Of a DNA stretch of 64,000 nt, positions 38,928 to 48,761 are shown piece after piece. Location of the stretch: NCBI GenBank assembly GCA_963781885.1, contig CAWAHW010000006.1, forward strand, positions 64,001 to 128,000, in the 5' to 3' direction. Under the pieces are notes generated by a model that was given only the letters and a program-made list of their open reading frames with translations, searched no databases and was not told the DNA's origin. Every line of letters begins with the position of its first letter. Positions within the stretch are counted from its first letter, which is position 1. The position numbers were made by a program, and so were the translations under genes. This DNA is from an uncultured Spirochaetota bacterium. Its GTDB lineage: Bacteria > Spirochaetota > Spirochaetia > SZUA-6 > Fen-1364.

Positions 38928-39692
38928 TTGACAGGCGGGAAGCAGAGAAAGGCGGGGGCCGCCAAAAGCAGGCGCACCCCGCTCGTGCTCGGTCATCGCG
39001 GCTACCGCGCGCGCCACCCCGAGAATACGCTGCTCGCCTTTCGCGAGGCGCTTGCGGTGGGCGCCGACGGCGTGGAGTGCGACGTGCAGAAGACTGCCGA
39101 TGGACGCTACGTCGTCATCCACGATCCGAGCGTGGATCGGGTGACCGGGCAGCGTGGTGATGTGGCAGCCATGACGCTTGCCGATCTGAAGCGCCTGGAT
39201 TTCGGGGCGGGGCAGAGCATCCCCACCCTGGAGGAGCTCCTCCGTGCAATGCCCCCGGAGGCCTACCTGGACGTGGAGCTGAAGGAAGAAACGCTCCTGC
39301 CGGCGGACTGCGCGCCTATTGCCGCGCTGCTCGATGCACTGCACGGGCGGACGAATCTGATGGTTTCCTCATTCGGGTCGCGGCTGCTTCTGGATTTCAG
39401 AAAAAGGGGCTTCTCCGTCGGTTACCTGGTCGGAGAGACCGCGGCGGAGCAGGGATTCATGGCATTTGTGAGGGTGCTTTTACGGCTGCGGCCGCGCTAC
39501 CTGAACCTGCCTGTGGACATCATCACAACGCTTGGCAAGCGCCGCGCGGGTCTCCTGTTTCGACTTTTTCAGGCGCTGGGCTTTTCGCTTCTTTTCTGGA
39601 CCGTGAACTCAGCCGATATGGCGGCAGCGGTAGCGCCCTATGCTCGTATGATCGCCACCGATGAGGTGGAAAAGGCGGTGAATGAATGGTGA
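38928..39692 (+). CDS. Glycerophosphodiester phosphodiesterase
   Basis: GHRG, PENTLLAF, ECDVQKTADG, HD, VELK. Confidence 0.92.
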   Translation: MTGGKQRKAGAAKSRRTPLVLGHRGYRARHPENTLLAFREALAVGADGVECDVQKTADGRYVVIHDPSVDRVTGQRGDVAAMTLADLKRLDFGAGQSIPTLEELLRAMPPEAYLDVELKEETLLPADCAPIAALLDALHGRTNLMVSSFGSRLLLDFRKRGFSVGYLVGETAAEQGFMAFVRVLLRLRPRYLNLPVDIITTLGKRRAGLLFRLFQALGFSLLFWTVNSADMAAAVAPYARMIATDEVEKAVNEW

Positions 39693-39702
39693 GAGGAGTG
39701 CG

Positions 39703-39912
39703 TCACAGTTCCTCAGCGTCGGGGTTGCTTTTCCATCTTTCGAGGTGGTCGACATAACGCTTGATGGCGTCATCATTGAGATAGCGCAGATCGAGTGCGA
39801 TCTCGCCGAATATGCGCGTGTCGCCTTCTGACTGGAGCTTGAGAACATGATCGACCTGTTCCTGCTTCATCGCTCCGATATTGACAAGGAACTCCCCGAT
39901 TTTGTTCGCCAT
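39703..39912 (-). CDS. Stand-alone MshEN-like small protein
   Basis: KIGEFLVNIGAMKQEQVDHVLKLQ and RIFGEIALDLRYL tandem motifs. Confidence 0.7.
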   Translation of the reverse strand: MANKIGEFLVNIGAMKQEQVDHVLKLQSEGDTRIFGEIALDLRYLNDDAIKRYVDHLERWKSNPDAEEL

Positions 39913-40003
39913 GAGCGTGCCTCTTCCATTATTTTAGACCTTTTAAAGAATTTTACAATGCATAAGTCGCCAATATCTCCATTCACACGGGCATCGTTGC
40001 CTT

Positions 40004-41215
40004 TTGGACGGCAAAGTGAAAGGACATAGCCGCTTGCCCGCTGTCATAGAAGTTTTCCTTGCAGCCTTGAAGCTCGGCGTCACGTCTTTTGGAGGTCCCA
40101 TCGCACACCTGGGCTATTTCCGCGACGATTATGTTCTTCGCAGAAGGTGGATCACGGACGAGGGCTTCGCCGATATCGTCGGTCTCTGCCAGCTCCTGCC
40201 CGGCCCGGCAAGCAGCCAGGTGAACATGGCGATCGGCATGTCGCGCGCGGGAATGGGCGGGGCGATTGCCGCCTGGGCGGGGTTCACGCTGCCATCGGCG
40301 GCAGCCCTGACCGCTTTTGCGCTGCTCTTCAGCGGGCCCGCATTCGTCGCGTCCGGGTGGATGCACGGCATCATGCTCGCGGCGGTCGCCGTGGTGGGCC
40401 AGGCGGTGTGGGCGATGGCGAAGCGACTTGCGCCAGATGCGGCGCGCGCGTCATTCGTCATCGTTGCGGCGATTGCGAGCCTCCTTCTGCCTTTTGCGCT
40501 GACGCAGGTGGCCTTAATCGTTGCGGCCGGCATCGCCGGCCTCCTCCTGCTCCCGACGCGCGTCGAGGCTTCGCGCCAGGACCTTCCCTTTCATATTCCG
40601 CGCGCGGTCTCCATCGTTTCCCTCTGCCTTTTCTTCGTGCTGCTCGCCGGGCTCCCGATTGCGCGCGCGCTTGTTTCCGCGCATTGGCTCGCGCTCACGG
40701 AAAGCTTCTACCGGGTCGGCGCGCTCGTGTTCGGCGGCGGGCACGTGGTCCTGCCGCTCCTCCAGCGCGAGGTGGTGCCCCCGGGATGGCTGGGCAACGC
40801 GCAGTTCATGGCAGGCTACGGCGCCGCGCAGGCCGTTCCCGGTCCCCTTTTCACGTTCGCCGCGTACGTCGGCGCCGCGTCCGGGCCGGCACCGAACGGC
40901 GTTGCGGGTGGACTGATCGCGCTCGCCGCGATTTTTCTCCCGTCCTTTCTCCTGCTCGTCGGCATCCTGCCGTTCTGGGCGGGCATCCGCGCGCGGCCCG
41001 GTTTCCAGTCCGCGCTTGCCGGCATCAACGCGGCGGTCGTGGGTCTGCTCGCCGCGGCATTCTACCAGCCGGTCTGGACGGGCTCCGTGCACGGGATACC
41101 CGACGTCTGCATCGTCCTGGGAGCCTTTGCTCTTCTGACGTTCTGGAAGGTGCGGCCATGGATGGTGGTTGCCGCGGGTGCGCTCGCCGGGGCGGCGCTG
41201 CGGCTTCTGGGCTGA
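40004..41215 (+). CDS. chrA: Chromate efflux transporter (CHR family)
   Basis: SFGGP, QLLPGPASSQ, FGGGHVVLP, AQAVPGP. Confidence 0.92.
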   Translation: MDGKVKGHSRLPAVIEVFLAALKLGVTSFGGPIAHLGYFRDDYVLRRRWITDEGFADIVGLCQLLPGPASSQVNMAIGMSRAGMGGAIAAWAGFTLPSAAALTAFALLFSGPAFVASGWMHGIMLAAVAVVGQAVWAMAKRLAPDAARASFVIVAAIASLLLPFALTQVALIVAAGIAGLLLLPTRVEASRQDLPFHIPRAVSIVSLCLFFVLLAGLPIARALVSAHWLALTESFYRVGALVFGGGHVVLPLLQREVVPPGWLGNAQFMAGYGAAQAVPGPLFTFAAYVGAASGPAPNGVAGGLIALAAIFLPSFLLLVGILPFWAGIRARPGFQSALAGINAAVVGLLAAAFYQPVWTGSVHGIPDVCIVLGAFALLTFWKVRPWMVVAAGALAGAALRLLG

Positions 41216-41224
41216 GAAGGGACG

Positions 41225-42364
41225 CTACGACAGGGGAAGCTCGAACCAGAATGTGCTCCCGGCCTCCAGGATGCTTTTCACGCCGATGGAGCCGCCATGC
41301 ATATCCACGGCCAGCTTGCAGAAGGTGAGACCGAGGCCGCTGGAGCTCTTCCTTTTTTCCGCCGAGCCGTCCACCTGCGCGAATTTCTCGAACACCCTCT
41401 CCAGTTGCCCGGGCGGAATCCCGATGCCGTTGTCGGCAACGGCGATCCTGACCGCCGACGGACCGCCGTCGACGGTGACCGCGATCTCGCCCTTGTCGCG
41501 ATCGGTGAACTTTATTGCGTTGCCGATGAGATTCTGGAGGATGCGGACAACGAGGTCGCGGTCTGCCGCCACGATCGGCGCCGGCTCCGAGACTGTCACG
41601 GTGAGCTTCCGCTTGCCGCCCAGAAGCCCGAGCTGACGGAAGACCTGGCGTACGAGCGCCCCGGGATCGCAGGGCTCCTTTGTCAATGGAAGCTTGCCCG
41701 CCTGCATGCGGCTCACGTCCAGGACGGAGCTCACCATGCCGATGAGGGCGATCACGGAGCCCTTCGCGTCATGGAGCACTGCCTTTGCGTCCGCGGAGAG
41801 CCCGGGCTCCGTCATCTCCAGGAGATCGAGACACCCGCCGACCACGGTGAGCGGGGTGCGCATGTCGTGGACGAGCATGTGCACGAAGTCGTCGCGCAAC
41901 GCCTCCAGGACGCGCAGGTTGTCGTTCGCGCCGGCCAGGTCGCGGTTGGAGGTCTCCAGCTCCCGCTGGAGGGCGCCGATGCGCAGATGCGTTTCCACGC
42001 GCGCCTTCACCTCCTCCACCTGGAACGGCTTCGTGATGTAGTCGACGCCGCCCGCACGGAACGCCTCGAGCTTGTCCGCCGCGTCTGCCAGGGCGCTCAG
42101 GAAGATCACCGGCACCTCCCGAAGCCTCTCGTCGGCCTTCAAGCGCCGGCACACCTCGTAACCGTCCATGTCCGGCATCCTGATGTCCAGGAGCACGAGA
42201 TCCGGCCGCTCGCTCTGGGCGGCGCCGAGCGCCAGGGCGCCGCTGGGTGTCGGGCGCGGCCTGTAGCCTGCCTGCGACAGCATCGAGGTGAGGACGTGGA
42301 GGTTGGCCGGCGTGTCGTCGACGATGAGGATGTTTGCGGGAGGAGCGCCATCTGCTTTTTGCAT
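41225..42364 (-). CDS. Hybrid receiver-histidine kinase
   Basis: ILIVDDTPAN, LLDIRMPDMDG, VHDMRTPL, NLIGNAIKF, GLGL. Confidence 0.92.
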   Translation of the reverse strand: MQKADGAPPANILIVDDTPANLHVLTSMLSQAGYRPRPTPSGALALGAAQSERPDLVLLDIRMPDMDGYEVCRRLKADERLREVPVIFLSALADAADKLEAFRAGGVDYITKPFQVEEVKARVETHLRIGALQRELETSNRDLAGANDNLRVLEALRDDFVHMLVHDMRTPLTVVGGCLDLLEMTEPGLSADAKAVLHDAKGSVIALIGMVSSVLDVSRMQAGKLPLTKEPCDPGALVRQVFRQLGLLGGKRKLTVTVSEPAPIVAADRDLVVRILQNLIGNAIKFTDRDKGEIAVTVDGGPSAVRIAVADNGIGIPPGQLERVFEKFAQVDGSAEKRKSSSGLGLTFCKLAVDMHGGSIGVKSILEAGSTFWFELPLS

Positions 42365-42426
42365 GCGTTTGCCTTGAAAACGTATCACGCACGAGGCGGT
42401 GCCGCAACACGAACACGGTCGGAGAA

Positions 42427-42465
42427 TTAACCGAAAGCTAACGCGGGGTTCGAATTTTCTTAACC
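42427..42465 (+). promoter_or_regulatory. Pho-box-like repeats (11-bp period)
   Basis: TTAACC 42427, CTAACG 42438, TTCGAA 42449, TTAACC 42460. Confidence 0.6.
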
Positions 42466-42526
42466 CACCCAGGGTACCCATTCTCTGTCCGCAGAATCGG
42501 ACCAATGCACGTAAGAAGGAGAACCT

Positions 42527-43696
42527 ATGAGGAAGATTCATGTTTCCCTCCTCGTCCTCGCCCTCCTGGCTGGCACCGCGGCCATGGCATCGGCAACGGG
42601 CACCCAGGAGACGAAGGCGGGCGCCCAGGAGATGAAGACGGGCACCCTCCTCACCATGGCCCCCGCGAATTTCGACGACCTGGTGGCCGCGGCGAAAAAG
42701 GAAGGACAGCTTTCCATCATCGCATCGCCGCGCGACTGGGCGAACTACGGTGAGATCATCGACACATATGCAAAGACCTATGGCATCAAGGTGAACGAGC
42801 TCAACCCCGAGGGGGGCTCGGGAGACGAGATCGAGGCGATCAAGGCCAATGAAAACAACGCGGGGCCCCAGGCGCCGGATCTCATCGACGTCGGTCTGAA
42901 GTTCGGCCCGCAGGCAAAGGCGGACGGCCTCCTGGCGCCCTACAAGGTGCGCACGTGGTCCACCATCCCCGACGGCGTGAAGGATGCCGACGGCTACTGG
43001 TACGGCAACTACTATGGCACCATGGCCTTCGAGGTGAACCTCGACGTCGTGAAGGTCCCCCCGCAAGATTGGTCCGACCTCCTGCAGCCCATGTACAAGG
43101 GCCAGGTCGCCCTCGCCGGTGATCCTCGGACTGCCAACCAGGCCATCATGGCGGTGCTCGCCGCGGGCCTGGGCAACAATGGGACCCTGGACAACTATGC
43201 GCCGGCCATCGATTTCTTCTCGAAGCTCAATGCGGCGGGCAACTTTGTGCCCCTCATCGCGGACGGAGGAACGGTGGCGTCGGGTGAGACCCCGATCACG
43301 TTCCGCTGGGACTACAACGCGATGGCCAACCGGGACAAGTCTGACGGCAACCCCAACATCGGCGTCATCATCCCCACGTCCGGCCAGGTCGCCGGCGTCT
43401 ACGCGGACGCCATCAGCAAGTACGCCCCGCATCCCAACGCGGCCCGGCTGTGGATGGAGTTCGTCTACTCGGACCAGGGCCAGCTCATGTGGCTGAAGGG
43501 CGGCGCCCATCCGATCCGCTACTCCGACCTTGCCGCGCGCAAAGTGATTCCGGCCGACATCGCGGCGATGCTCCCGGACGCGACGGCCTATTCCAAGGTT
43601 GTCTTCCCGACGCTCGACCAGCAGACCGCCGTTGCGAAGTACATCAACGACAACTGGGATTCGGTGGTGGGCGTGACCGTGCAGGCCAAGCAGTAG
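42527..43696 (+). CDS. ABC substrate-binding protein (AfuA/PotD-like superfamily)
   Basis: signal peptide; AAAKKEG, PRDWANYG, WDYNA, APHPNAARLWMEF. Confidence 0.9.
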   Translation: MRKIHVSLLVLALLAGTAAMASATGTQETKAGAQEMKTGTLLTMAPANFDDLVAAAKKEGQLSIIASPRDWANYGEIIDTYAKTYGIKVNELNPEGGSGDEIEAIKANENNAGPQAPDLIDVGLKFGPQAKADGLLAPYKVRTWSTIPDGVKDADGYWYGNYYGTMAFEVNLDVVKVPPQDWSDLLQPMYKGQVALAGDPRTANQAIMAVLAAGLGNNGTLDNYAPAIDFFSKLNAAGNFVPLIADGGTVASGETPITFRWDYNAMANRDKSDGNPNIGVIIPTSGQVAGVYADAISKYAPHPNAARLWMEFVYSDQGQLMWLKGGAHPIRYSDLAARKVIPADIAAMLPDATAYSKVVFPTLDQQTAVAKYINDNWDSVVGVTVQAKQ

Positions 43697-43697
43697 A

Positions 43698-44603
43698 TTG
43701 AGCAGCTCCTCCCTTCCATTGGTGCAGAGAGGCGCGCCGGCGGCGCGCCTCTCCCTTTCGCGCATCATCGGTCGCTGGGTGCCGTTGGTGCCCTTCTTCC
43801 TGTTCGCGCTTCTTTTCATGCTCCTGCCCGCGGCAATGCTTTTTATCGGGAGCTTCCTCGACATTCACGGGCATTTCACGCTCATGAACTTCGTCCACCT
43901 TTTCCGGCCCTCGATCCTCACCTCCTATCGCCTGAGTCTCGAGGTGAGCCTGGTGAGCGCGCTGGGCGGCGCCATCCTCGGATTCCTGGTGGCATACGCC
44001 GTCACGCTCGGCGGGCTGCCGCGGGGGGTGCGGGAGTTCCTTCTCACTTTCAGCGGCGTCGCCTCGAACTTCGCCGGGGTCCCTCTTGCCTTTGCGTTCA
44101 TCTCCACGCTCGGCCGCGTGGGTTTCGTGACGGTGCTGTTGAAACAGCTTTTCGGCATCAGCCTCTACGACGCCGGTTTCAATCTCTACAGCTTCTGGGG
44201 GCTGACCCTCACCTACCTCTATTTCCAGCTTCCCCTCATGATCCTGATGATCACCCCGGCGCTGGACGGCATGAAGAAGGAATGGCGCGAGGCCTGCGAG
44301 AATCTGGGCGCGAGCCGCCCGCAGTATTGGTGGCATCTCGCGCTGCCCATCCTCATGCCTTCCCTGCTTTCCTCCACGATTCTCCTCTTCGGGAACTCAT
44401 TCGGCGCGTATGCAACGGCGTACGCTCTGACGGGCGGTTTCATCAACCTCATCACGATCCAGATCGGGGCGCAGCTGCGGGGCGACGTGCTGCACGACCC
44501 CAATCTCGGCTACGCGATGGCATTCGGCATGGTCATCGTCATGACCGCGACGATCCTGGCCTATTCGGCATTGCAGAAAAGGGCATCGCGATGGCGCGCG
44601 TGA
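43698..44603 (+). CDS. ABC permease
   Basis: multiple TM; EWREACENLGAS EAA loop. Confidence 0.9.
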   Translation: MSSSSLPLVQRGAPAARLSLSRIIGRWVPLVPFFLFALLFMLLPAAMLFIGSFLDIHGHFTLMNFVHLFRPSILTSYRLSLEVSLVSALGGAILGFLVAYAVTLGGLPRGVREFLLTFSGVASNFAGVPLAFAFISTLGRVGFVTVLLKQLFGISLYDAGFNLYSFWGLTLTYLYFQLPLMILMITPALDGMKKEWREACENLGASRPQYWWHLALPILMPSLLSSTILLFGNSFGAYATAYALTGGFINLITIQIGAQLRGDVLHDPNLGYAMAFGMVIVMTATILAYSALQKRASRWRA

Positions 44604-45379
44604 AAAACCGCGCGGTCTCGTGGCTGTTTCTTGCCCTGGCGGGGCTGTACTTCCTGGTCCCGCTCCTGGGCACGTTCCTCTTCTCCTTGCGCGCCCGCAA
44701 AGGGGTCTTGAGCTTCCTCGCGTATGCGCGTGTGTTTTCCGATCCCCACTTCCTCGGCACCTTCACCTTTTCCCTGGAGATGGCGGCGCTCACGATCATC
44801 GTCGGGCTGGTCCTCCTGGTGCCGACGACGATCTGGGTGCACTTGCGGCTCCCCGCGGCTCTTCCGCTCATTGAGGTATTCGCGCTGCTGCCATTCGTGA
44901 TTCCGCCGATCGTGCTCGTCTTCGGTCTCATCCGCACGTACAGCCGTCCGCCAATCGCGCTGACAGGCACACCCGTCCTTCTCGTCGCCGGCTACGTGGT
45001 GATCTCTTTTCCCTATATCTTCCGGGCAATCGACACGGGGCTTCGCTCCATTGACCTGCGCCGTCTCGTGGAGGCGTCCCAGAGCCTGGGCGCAGGGTGG
45101 GGGCGCACGCTATTGCGCGTGATCGTGCCGAGCATCCGCGTATCGCTGCTCAGCGCCGCCTTTCTCACCATCGCCATCGTGATCGGGGAGCTGACGCTTG
45201 CCGTCATGCTCAACTGGCCGGCGTTCGGCCCCTATATGGCACTCATGGGAAGGACCCTGGCGTATGAGCCCGCGGCGCTCGCCATCCTGAGCTTCCTCTT
45301 CACGTGGGCGTCAATCGGGCTCCTCCAGGCGGCAAGCCGGGGTCTCGGCGGTCAGGCGACCGCAGCCGGGCCCCACTAG
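44591..45379 (+). CDS. ABC permease
   Basis: multiple TM; LVEASQSLGAG EAA loop. Confidence 0.9.
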   Translation: MARVKNRAVSWLFLALAGLYFLVPLLGTFLFSLRARKGVLSFLAYARVFSDPHFLGTFTFSLEMAALTIIVGLVLLVPTTIWVHLRLPAALPLIEVFALLPFVIPPIVLVFGLIRTYSRPPIALTGTPVLLVAGYVVISFPYIFRAIDTGLRSIDLRRLVEASQSLGAGWGRTLLRVIVPSIRVSLLSAAFLTIAIVIGELTLAVMLNWPAFGPYMALMGRTLAYEPAALAILSFLFTWASIGLLQAASRGLGGQATAAGPH

Positions 45380-45393
45380 AAAGAGGGCACAGC

Positions 45394-46455
45394 ATGGCAT
45401 TCGTCGAGCTTCGCGACATCACAAAGCAATTCGGCAGGCACACCGCCGTGCAGTCGTTCTCACTCGACGTCGCGGAAGGGGAGTTCGTTTCCTTCCTCGG
45501 CGGCTCGGGCTGCGGCAAGACCACGACGCTGCGCATGATTGCCGGCTTCGAGACGCCGACCGAGGGGCGCATCTGCATCGGGGGGGCGAATGTCGTCGAC
45601 GTCCGGCCGAATCGTCGGGACGTGGGCATGGTGTTCCAAAACTACGCGCTCTTCCCCACCATGACGGCGCGCCAGAATATCGGCTTCGGGCTGAAGATGC
45701 GCCGACGCCATCCGCAGGAGGTCGAGCGCCGGGTGGGCGAGATGCTCGAGCTCATCCACATGCAGGATTTCGGCAACCGCTACCCTCACCAGCTCTCCGG
45801 CGGGCAGCAGCAGCGCATTGCCCTTGCACGCGCCATCGCACCGGAGCCGCGCGTGCTGCTCCTGGACGAGCCGCTGTCGGCGCTGGATGCGAAGATACGC
45901 GTGCGTCTTCGCGGCGAGATCCGCGCGATCCAGCAGCAGCTGGGTATCACGACTATCTACGTGACCCACGACCAGGAGGAGGCTCTCTCCATCTCCGACC
46001 GAATCGTCGTCATGCGCGACGGAAGGATCGAGCAGGTGGGCACGCCATCCGAGATCTACAACAGGCCCGCCACGGGTTTCGTCGCCTCTTTTATCGGAAC
46101 GCTGAACGTCGTGCCCGCGACGGTGCTTGACGCGGCGGGGGGCCGGCTCGCGGTGGAAGGGCAGGAAATCAAGGTGACGCAGGCCCTGCCGGCGCGGCAC
46201 GGGGACGCCGTGCGCCTTTCCGTGCGGCCCGAGTCGATTGCACTGCACAACGGCAATGCGGACGGCAATCACCTGGTGGGCACGCTCGCAAGCGTCCTGT
46301 TTCTCGGCTCCATTGTGCGTCTGGTGGTCCGCATCGGCGGCCGCGAGCTTCTGGTGGATACCTTCAATGCGCCGCACCTGGCGCTGCCGGACGTTGGCGC
46401 GGCGGTGACGCTCGGCTTCTCACCGGAATCCTGCATCCTCCTGCCGGCGGAATAG
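45394..46455 (+). CDS. ABC ATPase (PotA/FbpC-like, TOBE domain)
   Basis: GGSGCGKTT, LSGGQQQR, DEPLSALD. Confidence 0.92.
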   Translation: MAFVELRDITKQFGRHTAVQSFSLDVAEGEFVSFLGGSGCGKTTTLRMIAGFETPTEGRICIGGANVVDVRPNRRDVGMVFQNYALFPTMTARQNIGFGLKMRRRHPQEVERRVGEMLELIHMQDFGNRYPHQLSGGQQQRIALARAIAPEPRVLLLDEPLSALDAKIRVRLRGEIRAIQQQLGITTIYVTHDQEEALSISDRIVVMRDGRIEQVGTPSEIYNRPATGFVASFIGTLNVVPATVLDAAGGRLAVEGQEIKVTQALPARHGDAVRLSVRPESIALHNGNADGNHLVGTLASVLFLGSIVRLVVRIGGRELLVDTFNAPHLALPDVGAAVTLGFSPESCILLPAE

Positions 46456-46474
46456 GGCGCCGCGCGCCGCGATT

Positions 46475-47248
46475 TCAGCTCCGCGCCTTGTTCCTGCCGG
46501 CGATGACGCGCAGCCCGTCGAGCGTGAGCCACTGCTCGTGCACCACCGCCTCCCCGAGGAGGGGCGCCATGACCTGCGACTGGCCGCCCGTGACGACGAC
46601 CGCGGCGCTCCCGCCCAGCTCCGCGCGCATGCGGCGGATGATCTCACCGACCAGCCCGATGTAGCCGAAGACGAGGCCTGCCTGGATGGAATGCGTGGTG
46701 TTGCGCCCGCACGCCACCGGGGGAGGCGCGAGCGGGACCGTGGGAAGCTGCGCCGTGTTGCGCGCCAGCGCCTCCATCGCGGAGGTGAGCCCCGGCGCGA
46801 TGGCGACGCCGCGCAGCTCGCCCGATGCCGCGACGGCCGTGAAGGAGAGCGCCGTGCCGAAATCCACGACGATGCAGTTGTCGTGGAATCGGTTGAGGGC
46901 GGCGACGGCGTTCGCCACGAGGTCAGCGCCGACCTCCGCGGGATTTTCCGTGGTGATGGAGAGGCCCAGATCGAGGTTCGAGGAGAGCAGGAGGGGGGCC
47001 TTTCCCGAGAGCTCGCGGATGGTGTCGGCGATGGTCACCGTCAACGGGGGCACGACGGAAGAGAGGATGGCGGAATCGACGCGGTCCGGGCGGCGCCCGG
47101 CCGCCTCGAACAGCGCACGGAAGGTGACGAGGTATTCGTCGGCGGTCCGGGCATGCACGGTCTGGATGCGCCAGCGCCGCGTCCACTCCGTGCCCTCGAA
47201 CGTCCCCAGGGTGATGTGAGAATTGCCGACCGACACTGCAAACAGCAT
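46475..47248 (-). CDS. coaX: Type III pantothenate kinase
   Basis: VGNSH, SSVVP, EVGAD, VVDFGTA, GVAIAPG, TGG. Confidence 0.92.
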   Translation of the reverse strand: MLFAVSVGNSHITLGTFEGTEWTRRWRIQTVHARTADEYLVTFRALFEAAGRRPDRVDSAILSSVVPPLTVTIADTIRELSGKAPLLLSSNLDLGLSITTENPAEVGADLVANAVAALNRFHDNCIVVDFGTALSFTAVAASGELRGVAIAPGLTSAMEALARNTAQLPTVPLAPPPVACGRNTTHSIQAGLVFGYIGLVGEIIRRMRAELGGSAAVVVTGGQSQVMAPLLGEAVVHEQWLTLDGLRVIAGRNKARS

Positions 47249-47361
47249 CAGGTTCCCCCTTGCGCGCGGTATGGGTCTCAATGTAGCCGCATGGCGGGCC
47301 CTGTCAACAATTGTGCGATTTTCTTGAGAGGGGCCGGCCCGCTCACTATACTATTCATTGA

Positions 47362-48732
47362 ATGGTCGACGTGAGGAAACTCATGCGGTCCATCCCGGTC
47401 TTCCCGACCGAGGGCACCGCAAAAATCATCTATAACGCCTTTCTCATCATCGCCTCGCTGGCAGGCACGATGATCACCTCGTATCGTCTCACGTTCCGCA
47501 TCTATGACTTCGACGCCATCTACTGGATCATCACCGCCGTCTACCTCGTGGACATACCGTACACATTCAACCAGTCGGTGAAGAAAGGATTGACCGTCTA
47601 CACCGACAGGAGGAATATCGCCCGGCTCTATCTGCGTGGCTGGTTCGCCGTGGACGCGATTGCCGCCCTCCCGCTCACCTGGTTCTTCTTCATCGCCTCT
47701 CTCTGGAATCCCAGCGCCCAGGTGGAAGTGGGAGCCGCGGTGGACATCATCATGGTCACCAAGATCCTGAAGATGGTGAAGATCAGCAAGGTGAGCGCGA
47801 TCTTCAACGACATCAAGAACAGCCTGTCGGTGAATCCCGCCCTCATGCGCCTGGTGACATTCGCGTTCTGGTTTGTCACGGTGGTCCACCTCATGGCATG
47901 CGGCTGGGTGCTCATCGGGGCGAGCGAGCATCAGCGCAGCCCCTTCGACCAGTACCTGCGCGGGGTGTACTGGTGCGTGACCACCATCGCCACCATCGGC
48001 TACGGGGACTACACGCCCAACCACGACAGCAACCTGCAGATCATCTACACGATCGCGGTGATGGTCTTCGGCGTCGGCATGTACGGCTACATCATCGGCA
48101 ACGTCGCCACCCTCATCGCCAATCTCGACGTCGCGCGAGCCAACTACCAGGCAAAGATGGAGGAGATCAACGATTTCCTCCGCACGAAGCGCGTACCGGG
48201 CGGTCTCCAGTCGCGGGTGCGCAACTACTACGCCTACCTCTGGGAGACGCAGAAGAGCATCGCCTCCATACCGATCACCGAAGAGCTGCCCCACACGCTC
48301 GCCATGGAGATCCTGCTCTTCCTCAACAGGTCCATTTTGGAAAAGGTGACGCTGTTCAAGAGCGCGAACGAGATCTTCATCCGCGAGATCGTGCAGCTCC
48401 TGCGGCCGATGGTCTTCCTGCCCGACGACTACATCATCCGGCAGGGGGAATACGGGGACTGCATGTACTTCCTCTCCAACGGCGACGTCGAGGTCGTCGT
48501 GAACGGCGTCCGCGTCGCGACCCTCGGCCAGGGCTCGCCCTTCGGGGAGACGGCGCTCATCCAGGGGGAGAAGCGCATGGCGAGCATCCGCGCCCTTTCC
48601 TATTGCGACGTGTACAAGCTCTCCAAGACCGACTTCGACGCGCTGCGTGCCCACTACCCGGACTTCGACGCCGAGGTGAAAAAGGTCGTGGAAGCGCGTC
48701 TCAAGGACACGCAGGAGAAGACCCAGAAATAG
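47362..48732 (+). CDS. Cyclic-nucleotide-gated K+ channel (SthK-like)
   Basis: TM helices, TIGYGD filter, C-linker, CNBD FGETAL...RMASIRA. Confidence 0.92.
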   Translation: MVDVRKLMRSIPVFPTEGTAKIIYNAFLIIASLAGTMITSYRLTFRIYDFDAIYWIITAVYLVDIPYTFNQSVKKGLTVYTDRRNIARLYLRGWFAVDAIAALPLTWFFFIASLWNPSAQVEVGAAVDIIMVTKILKMVKISKVSAIFNDIKNSLSVNPALMRLVTFAFWFVTVVHLMACGWVLIGASEHQRSPFDQYLRGVYWCVTTIATIGYGDYTPNHDSNLQIIYTIAVMVFGVGMYGYIIGNVATLIANLDVARANYQAKMEEINDFLRTKRVPGGLQSRVRNYYAYLWETQKSIASIPITEELPHTLAMEILLFLNRSILEKVTLFKSANEIFIREIVQLLRPMVFLPDDYIIRQGEYGDCMYFLSNGDVEVVVNGVRVATLGQGSPFGETALIQGEKRMASIRALSYCDVYKLSKTDFDALRAHYPDFDAEVKKVVEARLKDTQEKTQK

Positions 48733-48761
48733 CCCTCGCCCGCCTGCTGCATCAGCCGGGG

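Noticed and set aside
41225-43864. 879-aa minus-strand ORF
   Set aside because: Only the part from 42364 is a real receiver-kinase; the rest is the antisense shadow of the ABC binding-protein gene.
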